From NCBI GenBank assembly GCA_039586795.1, contig JBDHJS010000017.1:32001-96000 (forward strand): a stretch of 64,000 bases of DNA, read 5' to 3'. Shown here in pieces: positions 29,006-39,134 of the stretch (positions are counted from its first letter, which is position 1; each line of letters opens with the position of its first letter). The stretch is from Gemmatimonadota bacterium. GTDB lineage: Bacteria > Gemmatimonadota > Gemmatimonadetes > Palauibacterales > KS3-K002. The translations under genes and the position numbers were made by a program. Below the pieces are notes generated by a model that saw nothing but the letters and a program-made list of their open reading frames with translations, did not search any database and had not been told where the DNA came from.

Positions 29006-30031
29006 ATGGCCACCGTAGGAACAGACGAGCTCGACCGGCCAGTCGGCGAGACGGCACGCCGCCTTGCCCTCGCATGGCTTGCCGAGGCGGACGACGCGCT
29101 CGATCGCTTGCATGACCCGGTTGACGTAGATGCTCTTCACGATTTCCGCGTAGCGCTTCGCAGATTCCGCAGCACCCTCAGAGCCTATCGTCCGTACCTG
29201 AAGGGAAGTGGTCCAAAGAAGGCGAGCCGCCGGATTCGCGACCTGGCATCAGCAACGAACCCGGGCCGTGACGCCGAGGTGGCCATCGTTTGGCTCGAGA
29301 AGCAGGCGGACGCCATGAGCCAGGACGAACGTCCAGGCTACGATTGGCTGCTGCGCCGTTTAGAAGCCGAGAAGGTGCGCTGTTACGATGAAGCCCGAAA
29401 GCGCATCGCTCGAGATTACCGTGACACGCGGCGCCGGATCGCCCGCCGGCTGTCCGACTTCGAGGCAAGCTGCGAAGACGCCGTTGGTCCAGACCAAAGG
29501 TCTTTTGCTCTGGCAACGGGAGAACTGATCCTTGATCACGCGGATGACCTGAAGGCGCTGCTCGCCACTATAAGATCGCCTGCTCACGAAAGCGAAGCGC
29601 ATGATTCGAGGATCGCGGCAAAACGGCTGCGCTACCTGATCGAGCCGCTGAGACGATCGGTGGACGGAGTGAAGCCGTTAGTGATACAACTCAAGTCACT
29701 CCAGGATGTTCTGGGAGAGCTGCACGATACGCACGTTTTGGCAGCCGAGATCGCCGATTCGATGCCTGCGGTCGCGGCGGAACGAGCCGGTCGGCGTCAC
29801 GTGCCCGCTACAGACCCCGTGGGCTCGACCACCGCAGAGGGCGTTGTCGATGGGGCGGTCGGCTTGCTCGCCCTAGCGCAACGGTTGCAGCAACGACAAC
29901 GGGCGCTACACGAAGATTTCACTTCGAACTGGTTGGCTGAGGAATCTGTGTCTTTCTTCCGCGGCCTTACGACACTTGAAAGACGGCTACGCCAGAGGGG
30001 TGAGTACGACCCCGCGCGCACTATCCGGTAG
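29006..30031 (+). CDS. CHAD domain (polyphosphate-binding) protein
   Basis: LHDFRVALRRFRS, RDAEV, HDSRIAAKRLRY, LQDVLGELHD. Confidence 0.92.
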   Translation: MATVGTDELDRPVGETARRLALAWLAEADDALDRLHDPVDVDALHDFRVALRRFRSTLRAYRPYLKGSGPKKASRRIRDLASATNPGRDAEVAIVWLEKQADAMSQDERPGYDWLLRRLEAEKVRCYDEARKRIARDYRDTRRRIARRLSDFEASCEDAVGPDQRSFALATGELILDHADDLKALLATIRSPAHESEAHDSRIAAKRLRYLIEPLRRSVDGVKPLVIQLKSLQDVLGELHDTHVLAAEIADSMPAVAAERAGRRHVPATDPVGSTTAEGVVDGAVGLLALAQRLQQRQRALHEDFTSNWLAEESVSFFRGLTTLERRLRQRGEYDPARTIR

Positions 30032-32134
30032 CCTGCTCGCCGAGTTGCGGGCGAGTTCGTGAAACAACATTTGAGAGCGTACGGCCGACTCCCCGGCCTC
30101 GGGACTCACGCGCTCGTACGTGCCGTCGCTCAACAAGCGCCGAGTTTTTACGTTGTCGGCGAGACAGACCGGGAGCAGTTCGCTTGCGATGCGTGACTTG
30201 AGCCGCGGGTCGTCGACCGGGAAGACCAACTCGATACGCCTGTAGAAGTTGCGAGGCATCCAGTCCGCGCTTCCCAAGAGGATCTCCGGGTCGCCCCCAT
30301 TCTCGAAATAGAAGATGCGGCTGTGCTCGAGGAACTTGTCGACGACGCTGGTGACACGGATGGTCTCCGACACCCCGCGGAGACCAGGGCGCAGGCAGCA
30401 TATCCCGCGCACCAGCAGGTCTATCTGCACGCCGGCGTGTGAGGCGTCGTACAGAGCGTCGATAAGCGACGGTTCAACGAGGGCGTTCATCTTCGCGACG
30501 ATCCGCGCCGGTCGGCCTTGCTCCGCGTTGCGACGTTCGCCTTCGATCATCTCGATGAGTCTCTCTCGCAGGCCCCTTGGCGCGACGAGAAGCTTCTTCC
30601 ACCTATGCCCTTGCGAGTATCCCGTCAGCAGATTGAACAGCTCGCTCGCGTCTTCGCCCACGTCCGGGTCTGCGGTGAACAACCCGATATCGGTATAGAT
30701 CCGCGCCGTCGTTGGATTGTAGTTACCGGTAGCCTGGTGCACGTAGCGCCGGATTCCGTCTGCTTCGCGTCTCACCACCAGAGCCAGCTTGCAATGCGTC
30801 TTGACGCCGACGACTCCGTACACGACGTGCACACCGGCCTGCTCTAGCGATCGCGCCCAGGCAATGTTGTTCGCTTCATCGAAACGCGCCTTCAATTCAA
30901 CCAGCGCTGTGACCTGTTTGCCATTGTTGGCGGCGCGAGTCAGCGCATCGAGTATCGGGCTGGATACGCTGGTGCGATACAGCGTCTGCTTGATGGCCAG
31001 AACGTCGGGATCTTCCGCCGCGGCCTCGATAAAGTCCACTACGGCGTTGAACGATTCGTAGGGGTGGTGGACGAGGATATCTCCCTTCCGAATCGAATCG
31101 AATAGATCCTTCCCTTGTGCCAGCGCCGGTGCCGTCCTTGGTACGAGGTGTTCGTACTTCAGATGACGATGACCATCGTTCAAGTATAGGGAACTCAAGC
31201 CGGTCAGATCGACAGGTCCATCCACGACGTAGATGTCGCGAGGCTCCAGCTCGAGGGCCTCGCCCAACAGCTGCATGAACTTGTCATCTGCCCCGGCGCC
31301 GATCTCAAGGCGCACAGCTTCCCGGCGTCGACGTTCACGAAGCGATTCCTCAATCGCATTCAGCAGGTCTTCGACCTCATCCTCATCGATCGTCAGGTCG
31401 GTGTTGCGTGTGACTCGAAACACCGTCTGCGCGGCGATTCGGAAACCGCCGAACAGATCTCCGGCGTGTGCGGCAATCAGGTCCTCGAGCAGGATGAACC
31501 GCTGGTTCCCATTCTCTTCCGGCAATTGCACTGTCCGCTCCACGACCGATGGTACCTGTACGACGCCGAACAGTTGCTTGAAGGCTCCGGAATCGATGCT
31601 CTCGAGCAGCATGGCGATGTTGATGCTCTTGTTGTGGACGTGCGGGAACGGGTGCCCTGGATCGATGGCCAGCGGTGTCAGGATGGGGTAGATGCGATCC
31701 GCGAAATACTTCTCGACATGCTCGCGCTCGGCATCCGACAACTCGCTGTAATCGACGCATTCAATTCTGTGCGCTGCCATCGCCGGCATGACTTCATCGC
31801 GGAGCACGCGGTACTGATCGGAAACTAGCGAGTGGGTCCGTTTGTCGATCCGATCCAGTACAGTATACGGGTCAAGTCCATCGGCCGCGTAGTCCTGCGG
31901 CTCCACCCCGGCGCGCAGTTGCTCTTTGAGGCCCGCAACACGGACCTCGAAGAACTCGTCCAGGTTCGAGGAGAATATCGAGAGGAATTTCAGGCGTTCG
32001 AGCAGCGGAGTCGTCGGATCAGACGCCTCTTCCAACACGCGCGCATTGAACTCGAGCCAACTCAGCTCGCGATTGATGTAATACTCCGACGGATACCGCG
32101 ACTTGGGCCGGTACCGCTTCTTTACCTTGAACAC
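29987..32134 (-). CDS. ppk1: Polyphosphate kinase 1
   Basis: NRELSWLEFNARVL, SSNLDEFF, HPFP, HHPYESF, IKQTLYR, ELKARFDE, KTHCK, FLEHSR, SADWMPRN. Confidence 0.97.
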   Translation of the reverse strand: MFKVKKRYRPKSRYPSEYYINRELSWLEFNARVLEEASDPTTPLLERLKFLSIFSSNLDEFFEVRVAGLKEQLRAGVEPQDYAADGLDPYTVLDRIDKRTHSLVSDQYRVLRDEVMPAMAAHRIECVDYSELSDAEREHVEKYFADRIYPILTPLAIDPGHPFPHVHNKSINIAMLLESIDSGAFKQLFGVVQVPSVVERTVQLPEENGNQRFILLEDLIAAHAGDLFGGFRIAAQTVFRVTRNTDLTIDEDEVEDLLNAIEESLRERRRREAVRLEIGAGADDKFMQLLGEALELEPRDIYVVDGPVDLTGLSSLYLNDGHRHLKYEHLVPRTAPALAQGKDLFDSIRKGDILVHHPYESFNAVVDFIEAAAEDPDVLAIKQTLYRTSVSSPILDALTRAANNGKQVTALVELKARFDEANNIAWARSLEQAGVHVVYGVVGVKTHCKLALVVRREADGIRRYVHQATGNYNPTTARIYTDIGLFTADPDVGEDASELFNLLTGYSQGHRWKKLLVAPRGLRERLIEMIEGERRNAEQGRPARIVAKMNALVEPSLIDALYDASHAGVQIDLLVRGICCLRPGLRGVSETIRVTSVVDKFLEHSRIFYFENGGDPEILLGSADWMPRNFYRRIELVFPVDDPRLKSRIASELLPVCLADNVKTRRLLSDGTYERVSPEAGESAVRSQMLFHELARNSASRLPDSARGVVLTPLA

Positions 32135-32800
32135 GCCTGCTCAACTCCTCACCGAAAAAGCGCCGCTGGCACCTTCACCACGAGGGACCAGTGGCGGTAC
32201 CCGTCTTCCAGGCACCGGCTTTCCTCCGCTACCACCCAACCAACCTGTTTTGATAGAGACCGGCCAAGCCGGGTCTGGTCTCCTGAAGAAACGTTCGTCG
32301 AGGGCCCTCGTTCCCAGCTGGGGCCCTGTTGGTGCGGGTCCTCCTGCGGACCTGGCATGTGATAACTCATGAATCGTTATGCCCGGCGACCTCGACCGCA
32401 AGACCATGCAGCGTGATGAGCGTGATCGGGTTCTGTAAGTTATATTATCACAACAACATAGGGTTGCGGATTTGTCATGGCGGTTTCATGTCCGGGCCGC
32501 ACCGTCGCCAATCGGGAGGGCCGACGTAGCCAAGATCCGTTCCGACGCAGGATGAATAAACGGATCGCTCCGCGTGTAGTCTCAGCGGGTGCGGTGGTCA
32601 GAAGGCAAGGCACAACGGATGGCCTCTGACGTGCCCGCGGGAGACAGCACTAGGCGTATCGGCATAAGCGCCATATATTTAGGTGCCGTGGCGGTCGCCG
32701 CCCACTGCTCTTCCGGCCGCCGTACCCAAAGAAGCCCTTTCCCCCATGTTCGATTCCCGCCCTTAGGCGAATAGCACAACGCCACAAGCGAGGTTTTGAC

Positions 32801-33940
32801 ATGTCTGAGTTTCTTAGCGTCATAGAGTGGTTCGATCAGACGGGCCAGGAGATCGTCCATCGTATCCCCCAGGACGGTTCGGCGGACACGAAGTTCGGCT
32901 CGCAGGTGATCGTGCGTGAGAACCAGGCGGCGATCTTCTTCCGTGATGGTAAGGGACTGGATGTGCTCGGGCCGGGCCGGCACACGCTGAGCACGGCGAA
33001 CATCCCGATCCTCACCAAAGTTCTCGCATTGCCCTGGGGATTCACGTCGCCGTTCCGCGTCGAGGTCGTGTTCGTGAACATGAAGCTGTTCCCCGACCTC
33101 AAGTGGGGGACGGCGCAGCCGGTCGCCTATCGGGATGAAGAGCTGGGCCTGGTGCGTTTGCGCGCGTTCGGCAACTACGCGATTCAGATCCGCGAGCCGC
33201 TGGTCTTCGTGAACGTGTTGGCGGGAACGATGGGATCGTTCGTGACCGGCGATATCAAAGACTACTTGCGCGACCTGATCATCAGCCGACTGAACGACTA
33301 TCTCGGCGAGAAGGTCCGCACGATCTTCGATCTGCCCAAGCAATACGACGAGATGGGCCAGGAAGTGCACGACCGGCTGGGCCACGATTTCCAGCGCTAC
33401 GGAATCAACCTCGCCGACTTCTTCATCACGTCGATCACGCCTCCCGAAGAGGTGGAGAAAGCGATCGATGAGCGGGCGCAGATCGCAGCGCTTGGCGACC
33501 TGGACAAGTTCCTGAAGATGAAGGCCGCCCGCGCGCTGGAAGGCGCGGGAGGCAGCGGGGGCACGGCCGGCGATATGGTCGGATTGGGAGCTGGCGCCGG
33601 CATGGGTGCGGGTATCGGCGCCATGCTGCCCGGCATGATCTTCGAATCGATGAAGGGCCGCCCCGACGCGCCGAGCGGCGGAGCCGCCGAGGCGATCGCT
33701 TGCCCGGCCTGCCATACGGCCGTCGATCCAGGCGCCCGATTCTGTCCCCACTGTGGCGAGTCGTTGGTAGCGGGCGACCGCTGCGAGAGCTGCGAAGCGC
33801 CCCTCGCCCCGGACGCGAAGTTCTGCGCCCGCTGCGGCGAACCCGTCGGCGTCACGGAGCGGGCGTGCCCGAACTGTCAGGCGAAGCTCACCGCGGGCGC
33901 GCGTTTCTGCATGGAGTGCGGCGAACGGGTGACGGAATAG
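32801..33940 (+). CDS. SPFH (band 7, YdjI-like) domain protein with C-terminal zinc ribbons
   Basis: GSQVIVRENQAAIFFRDG..GPGRHTLST.NIP, KWGT, LRAFG; Gly/Met-rich linker; six CxxC motifs. Confidence 0.9.
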   Translation: MSEFLSVIEWFDQTGQEIVHRIPQDGSADTKFGSQVIVRENQAAIFFRDGKGLDVLGPGRHTLSTANIPILTKVLALPWGFTSPFRVEVVFVNMKLFPDLKWGTAQPVAYRDEELGLVRLRAFGNYAIQIREPLVFVNVLAGTMGSFVTGDIKDYLRDLIISRLNDYLGEKVRTIFDLPKQYDEMGQEVHDRLGHDFQRYGINLADFFITSITPPEEVEKAIDERAQIAALGDLDKFLKMKAARALEGAGGSGGTAGDMVGLGAGAGMGAGIGAMLPGMIFESMKGRPDAPSGGAAEAIACPACHTAVDPGARFCPHCGESLVAGDRCESCEAPLAPDAKFCARCGEPVGVTERACPNCQAKLTAGARFCMECGERVTE

Positions 33941-33964
33941 GCCAACCACAAACGGGATGAAGGT

Positions 33965-34726
33965 GTGGTACGCGAAGCGCTGAACCCCGCCTGCCCGCAG
34001 TGCGGTGGCCCGGTCGAGGTGCCGGAGGGTTTGGCGTACGCTCGCTGTCGCTACTGCAGCTCCGAGTCGTTCGTCGACCTCAGCGGCGCGATTCTCTACC
34101 AGGTACTGCGCCCCAGCGTCAGCCGCTCCAGACTGTCCGGCCTCCTCAAGGCGGCGGCTCTGGAAGCCGGCTGGTCCGATGCGACTATTCTGCGGCTCGA
34201 GTTGTCCTACGAACCGGTCTGGGAAATCGAGTCTCCCGACGGGCGTCGCCTCTGTATCTCGGCGCGTCCAGGACCGAACGGGCGTTTCGAGCAGGCGCAC
34301 CTTCCCGGCGGCGAGCGGGGCTTCATCGATCGCGGCGATCGCGACCGGTCGGCCGAATGGGTCGAGCCCGAGCTGGCGCCCGAATCGATCGCCGAGGTCG
34401 CCGCGCGAGCGACGGGCCGTCCCGTAGCCATCAAGACGATCCGGCTAATCCACCATCCCGTATACCGCGGCAAGGTCAAGATCGGAGATGAGGCTCACGA
34501 CTTCTCCCTCGACGCCGTCACCGGCGAAGTTCGCGATGTAGAGTGGCCGGTCGAACCGAGCTTTCGTTTCCGCAACCAGGCCTGGCTCGCCACGGCGATC
34601 ATGATCATGGCAGCCGCGCTCCTGCCCTTGAAGTGGGCGGCGCTAGCGGTGGTCGTGGTTGGCGGCTACACCGTTTGGGAGCACACCCGACAGAGCAAGA
34701 CGCCGGAAAAGGCGGGCGCATCGTGA
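33965..34726 (+). CDS. Zinc-ribbon protein with C-terminal TM helices
   Basis: CPQCGG..CRYC; YEPVW, HHPVY, LDAVTGEV; two TM at the C-terminus. Confidence 0.8.
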   Translation: MVREALNPACPQCGGPVEVPEGLAYARCRYCSSESFVDLSGAILYQVLRPSVSRSRLSGLLKAAALEAGWSDATILRLELSYEPVWEIESPDGRRLCISARPGPNGRFEQAHLPGGERGFIDRGDRDRSAEWVEPELAPESIAEVAARATGRPVAIKTIRLIHHPVYRGKVKIGDEAHDFSLDAVTGEVRDVEWPVEPSFRFRNQAWLATAIMIMAAALLPLKWAALAVVVVGGYTVWEHTRQSKTPEKAGAS

Positions 34727-35691
34727 ACGAGCTCAAGCTGCATGCACTGACTTGCCCGCAATGCGGCGCCCCCGGCGTCGTCCGAGAGGGTACGCGGATC
34801 ACCAAGTGCGAGCGCTGCGGCGCGCTGCTCTGTCTGAGCGAGGTGTCCACCCCCCGCTACGAAGCGCTGGCCAACATGACGGCGGCCCAAGCGGCACATT
34901 CGGCGCGGGTCTGGTTGGATCAGCAGCGTCGCGTCGGCATGTTCGGGCGCCCGGAGCTCGTGCTGATCCCCTTCCACGAGGTCTCCGGCCGACGCGTCGG
35001 CGTCTTCGAGCGCCGGGTGCCGGAGCGCATTCGCGTGCACCGCAGAGTCTACGACCCGCAAAGTGGCGGCACAAAGATCGAAAGTGATTTCACCTACAAG
35101 GAAAAAGAAGACACGAAGGTGATGGTCTCGGACGTCCAGCAGATGACGCCCGCCGCGCGCACGCCATGGGATCTCAAGATGTTCGATCCGCGCGCCGCCC
35201 GAAGCGTGGCGCGTCTCGGCGCCTTCGACCTCGTGGAAGCTCAGCGCCGTTCGACCGTCTACGCAGCCGAACAATCCGCCTCCGCCGTCGCCGAGCGAAG
35301 GTTTGGCGAGAAAGAGGGAACGGAACTGGTCGCCGCTTCACGACGCACGATCTACTTCCCCTTCTGGTCGATTCCAGTCGAGACGGGTGAAGGCAGCTAC
35401 GAAGTCGTGTTGGAAGCGATCACCGGCAAGATTATCGCCTGGCGAATGCCGCAACCGTATCCGTCGGGAAGCCTCAAATGGGCAGCGCTGGCCGTTCCGG
35501 GAGCGCTGATCCTGGGGCACGGACTCAATGGCCTGTTCTTCGGGGGCTCGGTGATCGATCCCATGCTGGCCGCCGGTATCGGTCTCGCGGCGACGTTCGT
35601 CGCGCTACTCCAGGCGCGCCATCCCGACTGGGCGCTCCGCTCATGGCCGGGGCCCGAAACGATACCAAGGCTGGAGCGCGATAGTGCGTAA
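34723..35691 (+). CDS. Zinc-ribbon protein with C-terminal TM helices
   Basis: GTG overlaps the upstream TGA (GTGA); CPQCGA..CERCG; LIPFH, YFPFW, LEAITGKI; two TM. Confidence 0.8.
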   Translation: MNELKLHALTCPQCGAPGVVREGTRITKCERCGALLCLSEVSTPRYEALANMTAAQAAHSARVWLDQQRRVGMFGRPELVLIPFHEVSGRRVGVFERRVPERIRVHRRVYDPQSGGTKIESDFTYKEKEDTKVMVSDVQQMTPAARTPWDLKMFDPRAARSVARLGAFDLVEAQRRSTVYAAEQSASAVAERRFGEKEGTELVAASRRTIYFPFWSIPVETGEGSYEVVLEAITGKIIAWRMPQPYPSGSLKWAALAVPGALILGHGLNGLFFGGSVIDPMLAAGIGLAATFVALLQARHPDWALRSWPGPETIPRLERDSA

Positions 35692-36346
35692 CGTGAGCCA
35701 GCCCCGGGTGATCGCGCTGCGTTGCCAGGCTTGCCGGGCCGAACTGCCCGCAACGCCCAACGACGTGGCGTTCCGCTGCCCACAATGCGGGCGCGCTTGG
35801 GAGATCGTTGCCGGCTCCCTGGAAGAGCGGCCGTCCATCTTCGTCGCGGCCCCCAGTGGCGCGAAGCACTCGCTCTTCTACCTGCCGTACTGGAGCTTCA
35901 CGGTCTCCGTGACCGCCGAGCCGCGCAAACGCGAAGAGAAGACGCTGACCGCGCGCGACCGTGCCGCGAAGTTCGAGCGCGCCTGGGTCTCCGCCTTCTC
36001 GATCAACCGCCCGACCTACGTAGGAGAGTTCGGTCTGGTGTACACGCGCGTTCCGCCAAAGTGGGAGACACGAACTGGCCACGGGCCGGAAGCGCCAGGT
36101 GCAACGATCCCCGCCGCCGACTCGAAGAAGATCGCCCGGCACTATGTCCTTGCCGAGATCGATCGTGCGGCCGACATCGGAGAACTCGACATCAAGATGG
36201 AGATAGGCGACGCGGAGCTGTGGGCGATCCCCTGCTACGATATCGGCGAGCAGCTACGCTGCCCCTGGACGCGGGGCGAGTTGATGACCGGTGCCCTCGA
36301 CGACTTCTCCGAGATCCGCCGTGGTAGAAACCGCCTCGAAGCCTGA
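35684..36346 (+). CDS. Zinc-ribbon protein (soluble)
   Basis: CQAC..CPQCG; YLPYW, WAIPCY; abuts the upstream stop. Confidence 0.8.
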   Translation: MRNVSQPRVIALRCQACRAELPATPNDVAFRCPQCGRAWEIVAGSLEERPSIFVAAPSGAKHSLFYLPYWSFTVSVTAEPRKREEKTLTARDRAAKFERAWVSAFSINRPTYVGEFGLVYTRVPPKWETRTGHGPEAPGATIPAADSKKIARHYVLAEIDRAADIGELDIKMEIGDAELWAIPCYDIGEQLRCPWTRGELMTGALDDFSEIRRGRNRLEA

Positions 36347-36352
36347 AGTCCG

Positions 36353-39130
36353 CTAGAACCGCCGACCGCCGCTGCTTCGCGGGTACATTGCCGACAAAAC
36401 GCGATTCCGTTCGCGATCCGAGCTTATGCTATCGGTTACGCGCATGAAGTCGGCCTGCAGATCCTCACTCAACGTGTACTTCCCAGCGATCTCCACGAGC
36501 AGCGACGACAGCTGACGATCCGAATCGATGGTCCTCGATGAGCTTAGAACGGCGGCCATGGTCGCGTCGCTCGCCGTTCCGTCATCGATGACGGCTGAGA
36601 GCACGTCGCTCTTCTGCGTGTCAGAATCCAGCGCGTCGCAGGCTCGGAAGAACGACTCGCGTGTCATGTCGGTTATTCCATAGATGCGAACGAACTCGGT
36701 GAGCAACGACTTCAGCTGGTGATCGGACTCGATGTTGGCCGCCGCGTCCAACAGCTGATTCTGAGTCGCAGGGCTCAAGGCGCCAGACTTCATCACCGCT
36801 AACAGCACTTGCTGAAGCTGGTGGTTCGAGCTGATCGTGCCCGCGGTCTCGACGTAGGCCGTAGCCACGCTGCCCTCGATCGGATAGCGCTCGGCGACAC
36901 CGGTAAGAACACGCGCCGTCTGGTGATCCGACTCGATGCCGCTGGACGCGACCACCACCGAACTGACCAGGTCGTCGCTAAGCTGCTGGTTGTCGAGGAG
37001 GGCGACAAGCACGGCCCCCGTCTGATGATCCGATTCGATCGAGCTTGCCGCATCGATGTACGCCGCCATCACCGTCTCGTCGAGCGTCCGGTTCTCACCG
37101 ACCGAAATCAGCAAGCGGCTGAGGTTATGATCGGATTCGATATCTCGGCCCGCCTGGCGCAGAGCGGCGGCGAGTTCATCCGAGTCAAGGTCGCCTTTGG
37201 CGAGAAGCACTGTGTAGTACTTTTGGGCGGTCCAGTCGGATGGGATGTAGGAGATCTCCTGCAACAGCGCGTCTGTGCCGTCGCGCGCCAGAATACGCTC
37301 GGCCCGTTCCGTGGCCTGGTAGCCAACTCGGCGGAACAGGACGAGAATCATGTCGGCCTGCCAGGCGCGGGCATCGGCGTCGAAGTCGCTTTCGTCGCCA
37401 TCCATCCACCAGCGTCGCTCCAGTGACCCATCTCGGTCGGTTTCCAATCGCAGCTTGCGTGCGCGCCGGCCTCGCTTCTCTTCGATTTCCAGTCTGCCGC
37501 CGCGGGTGAGTGAGACGATATCCGTTTCGTCGGCGTTGAAGGTGAGCTCGCCGTCCAAGGTGACGGAAAGCTCGCAGTCATCGCGACTCATCTTGACGCG
37601 CCATTCCTCATTGTTGACGTTCGTCGACGAGGACATGTTGCCGGTGGCGTACCAGTCGCAAAGCGCCGCTGTGGACTGCCCACCATAAAACCCGGAACGA
37701 ACGACCGTTTCCGGACCGACACGCGGCGTCGCTAGGGAGGGGCGCTCCACTCCGACGGAAGGCCACGTTTCACCAGATGACGGCAAGCCGGCGACGGAGG
37801 AGGGAATGCGTAGCTCGCCGGGAGCCTCAGGGATGTTATCCACAGGTCCCACTTCAGATCGGCTGTCGCTCGAACGCCACTCGACGGCTCCTGCCACAGC
37901 CGTCGCGGACGTTTCGCCGCTCTCATCTGGCGCCGCGGCAATCTCCGCCCGGCTGGGCGTCGCGGCGGCGATCGGCAGCGTGATGAGCAGCGCCGCAGCG
38001 CAGACGGCAAGTGCGCCTCGCGGTGTGACGGTCCGGCGTTCACGCCCCTCTTCGAGAACGGCGCGCAGCCTCTCACCCAGTTGCGATGGCCGGGCCATCG
38101 CGACGGTGGCCATCGCTGCGAGTGGTTCGGCCTTGAGCGATCTTGCCACGTCGAGCAGGTGACCGGCGTAATCGGACGCCCGTGAGCCCAGCAGCAGCAC
38201 TTGATCGTCGCACGCCATCTCGCGCTCCACACGCAACCGCCGCGCCGCCAGCCATGCCAGCGGGTTGAACCAGTGCAGGGCGCAGACGAGCCGTGCCATG
38301 AGTTGCGTTGCGTAATCGTTCCGCTTGATGTGCGCGAGCTCATGCAGAAGAACCGAACGGCGTCGTTCCTCCGGCCACTCCTCCGCATCAGCGGGCACCA
38401 AGATCACCGCGTTAAAGAAGCCCCAGGTCATCGGCACGCACCGCCCGCGACACTGCAGCAACGTCACGTGCCGGTTGAGCCCGGCGCGGAGCCATAGCTC
38501 ATCGAGTTCGTCAACGAGAGATCCGGTCGTGAGGCGGACCGCATTCCGACGCATCAGCCACGTTCGCGCGAGACCCAGTAGGATTGCGCCTAGCGTGATC
38601 AGCGTCCCGGTCATCCAGGCAGCGACCATCCAGGTCGCCCACGAAACGTCGGCCGCTCGCCATACGGTTTCGGGTCCAGCGTACGCCGTACCTGCACCCA
38701 CCACTTCTGCCTCGCTCCAAGCAACGCCCGAGCTGACGACTGGCGCTTCGCTAACGACCCCTACCGGGTCCGGCTCGACCACGGAGGAACCAACGTTGAT
38801 CGACATCTCTCCGCCCGACCATACCACAGGGTCCGCCGCTTCCATGACCGGAAGTCCAACCAGCTCCGGCTGATGTTCTCTCGGTTCGACCTGCAGGGTA
38901 AACGGCAGGTCCCAGCGCGGGACCAATGCCGTCAACGCCGGCACCAGCAGCACGGCTCCGATGGCCACGCTCCAGACCAGATGTCGGGTGGACGCGGACG
39001 CCGATCGCAGCACGGCGTTTACCGCGAGGGCGAGGACAAGGATGACAGTCGCCTTCGCAGCGGCAATCACGATCAGACCGACAGCTCCGTTGGCATCGAT
39101 GTAAGCCTGCACGAATTCTACCATCGACAT
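36353..39130 (-). CDS. BlaR1-like M56 metallopeptidase with C-terminal helical repeat domain
   Basis: SASTRHLVW, PMTWG, LLHELAHIKR.D, WFNPLAW, EREMACDDQV; about nine I-x-S-D repeats. Confidence 0.93.
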   Translation of the reverse strand: MSMVEFVQAYIDANGAVGLIVIAAAKATVILVLALAVNAVLRSASASTRHLVWSVAIGAVLLVPALTALVPRWDLPFTLQVEPREHQPELVGLPVMEAADPVVWSGGEMSINVGSSVVEPDPVGVVSEAPVVSSGVAWSEAEVVGAGTAYAGPETVWRAADVSWATWMVAAWMTGTLITLGAILLGLARTWLMRRNAVRLTTGSLVDELDELWLRAGLNRHVTLLQCRGRCVPMTWGFFNAVILVPADAEEWPEERRRSVLLHELAHIKRNDYATQLMARLVCALHWFNPLAWLAARRLRVEREMACDDQVLLLGSRASDYAGHLLDVARSLKAEPLAAMATVAMARPSQLGERLRAVLEEGRERRTVTPRGALAVCAAALLITLPIAAATPSRAEIAAAPDESGETSATAVAGAVEWRSSDSRSEVGPVDNIPEAPGELRIPSSVAGLPSSGETWPSVGVERPSLATPRVGPETVVRSGFYGGQSTAALCDWYATGNMSSSTNVNNEEWRVKMSRDDCELSVTLDGELTFNADETDIVSLTRGGRLEIEEKRGRRARKLRLETDRDGSLERRWWMDGDESDFDADARAWQADMILVLFRRVGYQATERAERILARDGTDALLQEISYIPSDWTAQKYYTVLLAKGDLDSDELAAALRQAGRDIESDHNLSRLLISVGENRTLDETVMAAYIDAASSIESDHQTGAVLVALLDNQQLSDDLVSSVVVASSGIESDHQTARVLTGVAERYPIEGSVATAYVETAGTISSNHQLQQVLLAVMKSGALSPATQNQLLDAAANIESDHQLKSLLTEFVRIYGITDMTRESFFRACDALDSDTQKSDVLSAVIDDGTASDATMAAVLSSSRTIDSDRQLSSLLVEIAGKYTLSEDLQADFMRVTDSISSDRERNRVLSAMYPRSSGGRRF

Positions 39131-39134
39131 ATCG

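Noticed and set aside
32582..34300. 572-aa minus-strand ORF
   Set aside because: Antisense shadow of the SPFH operon
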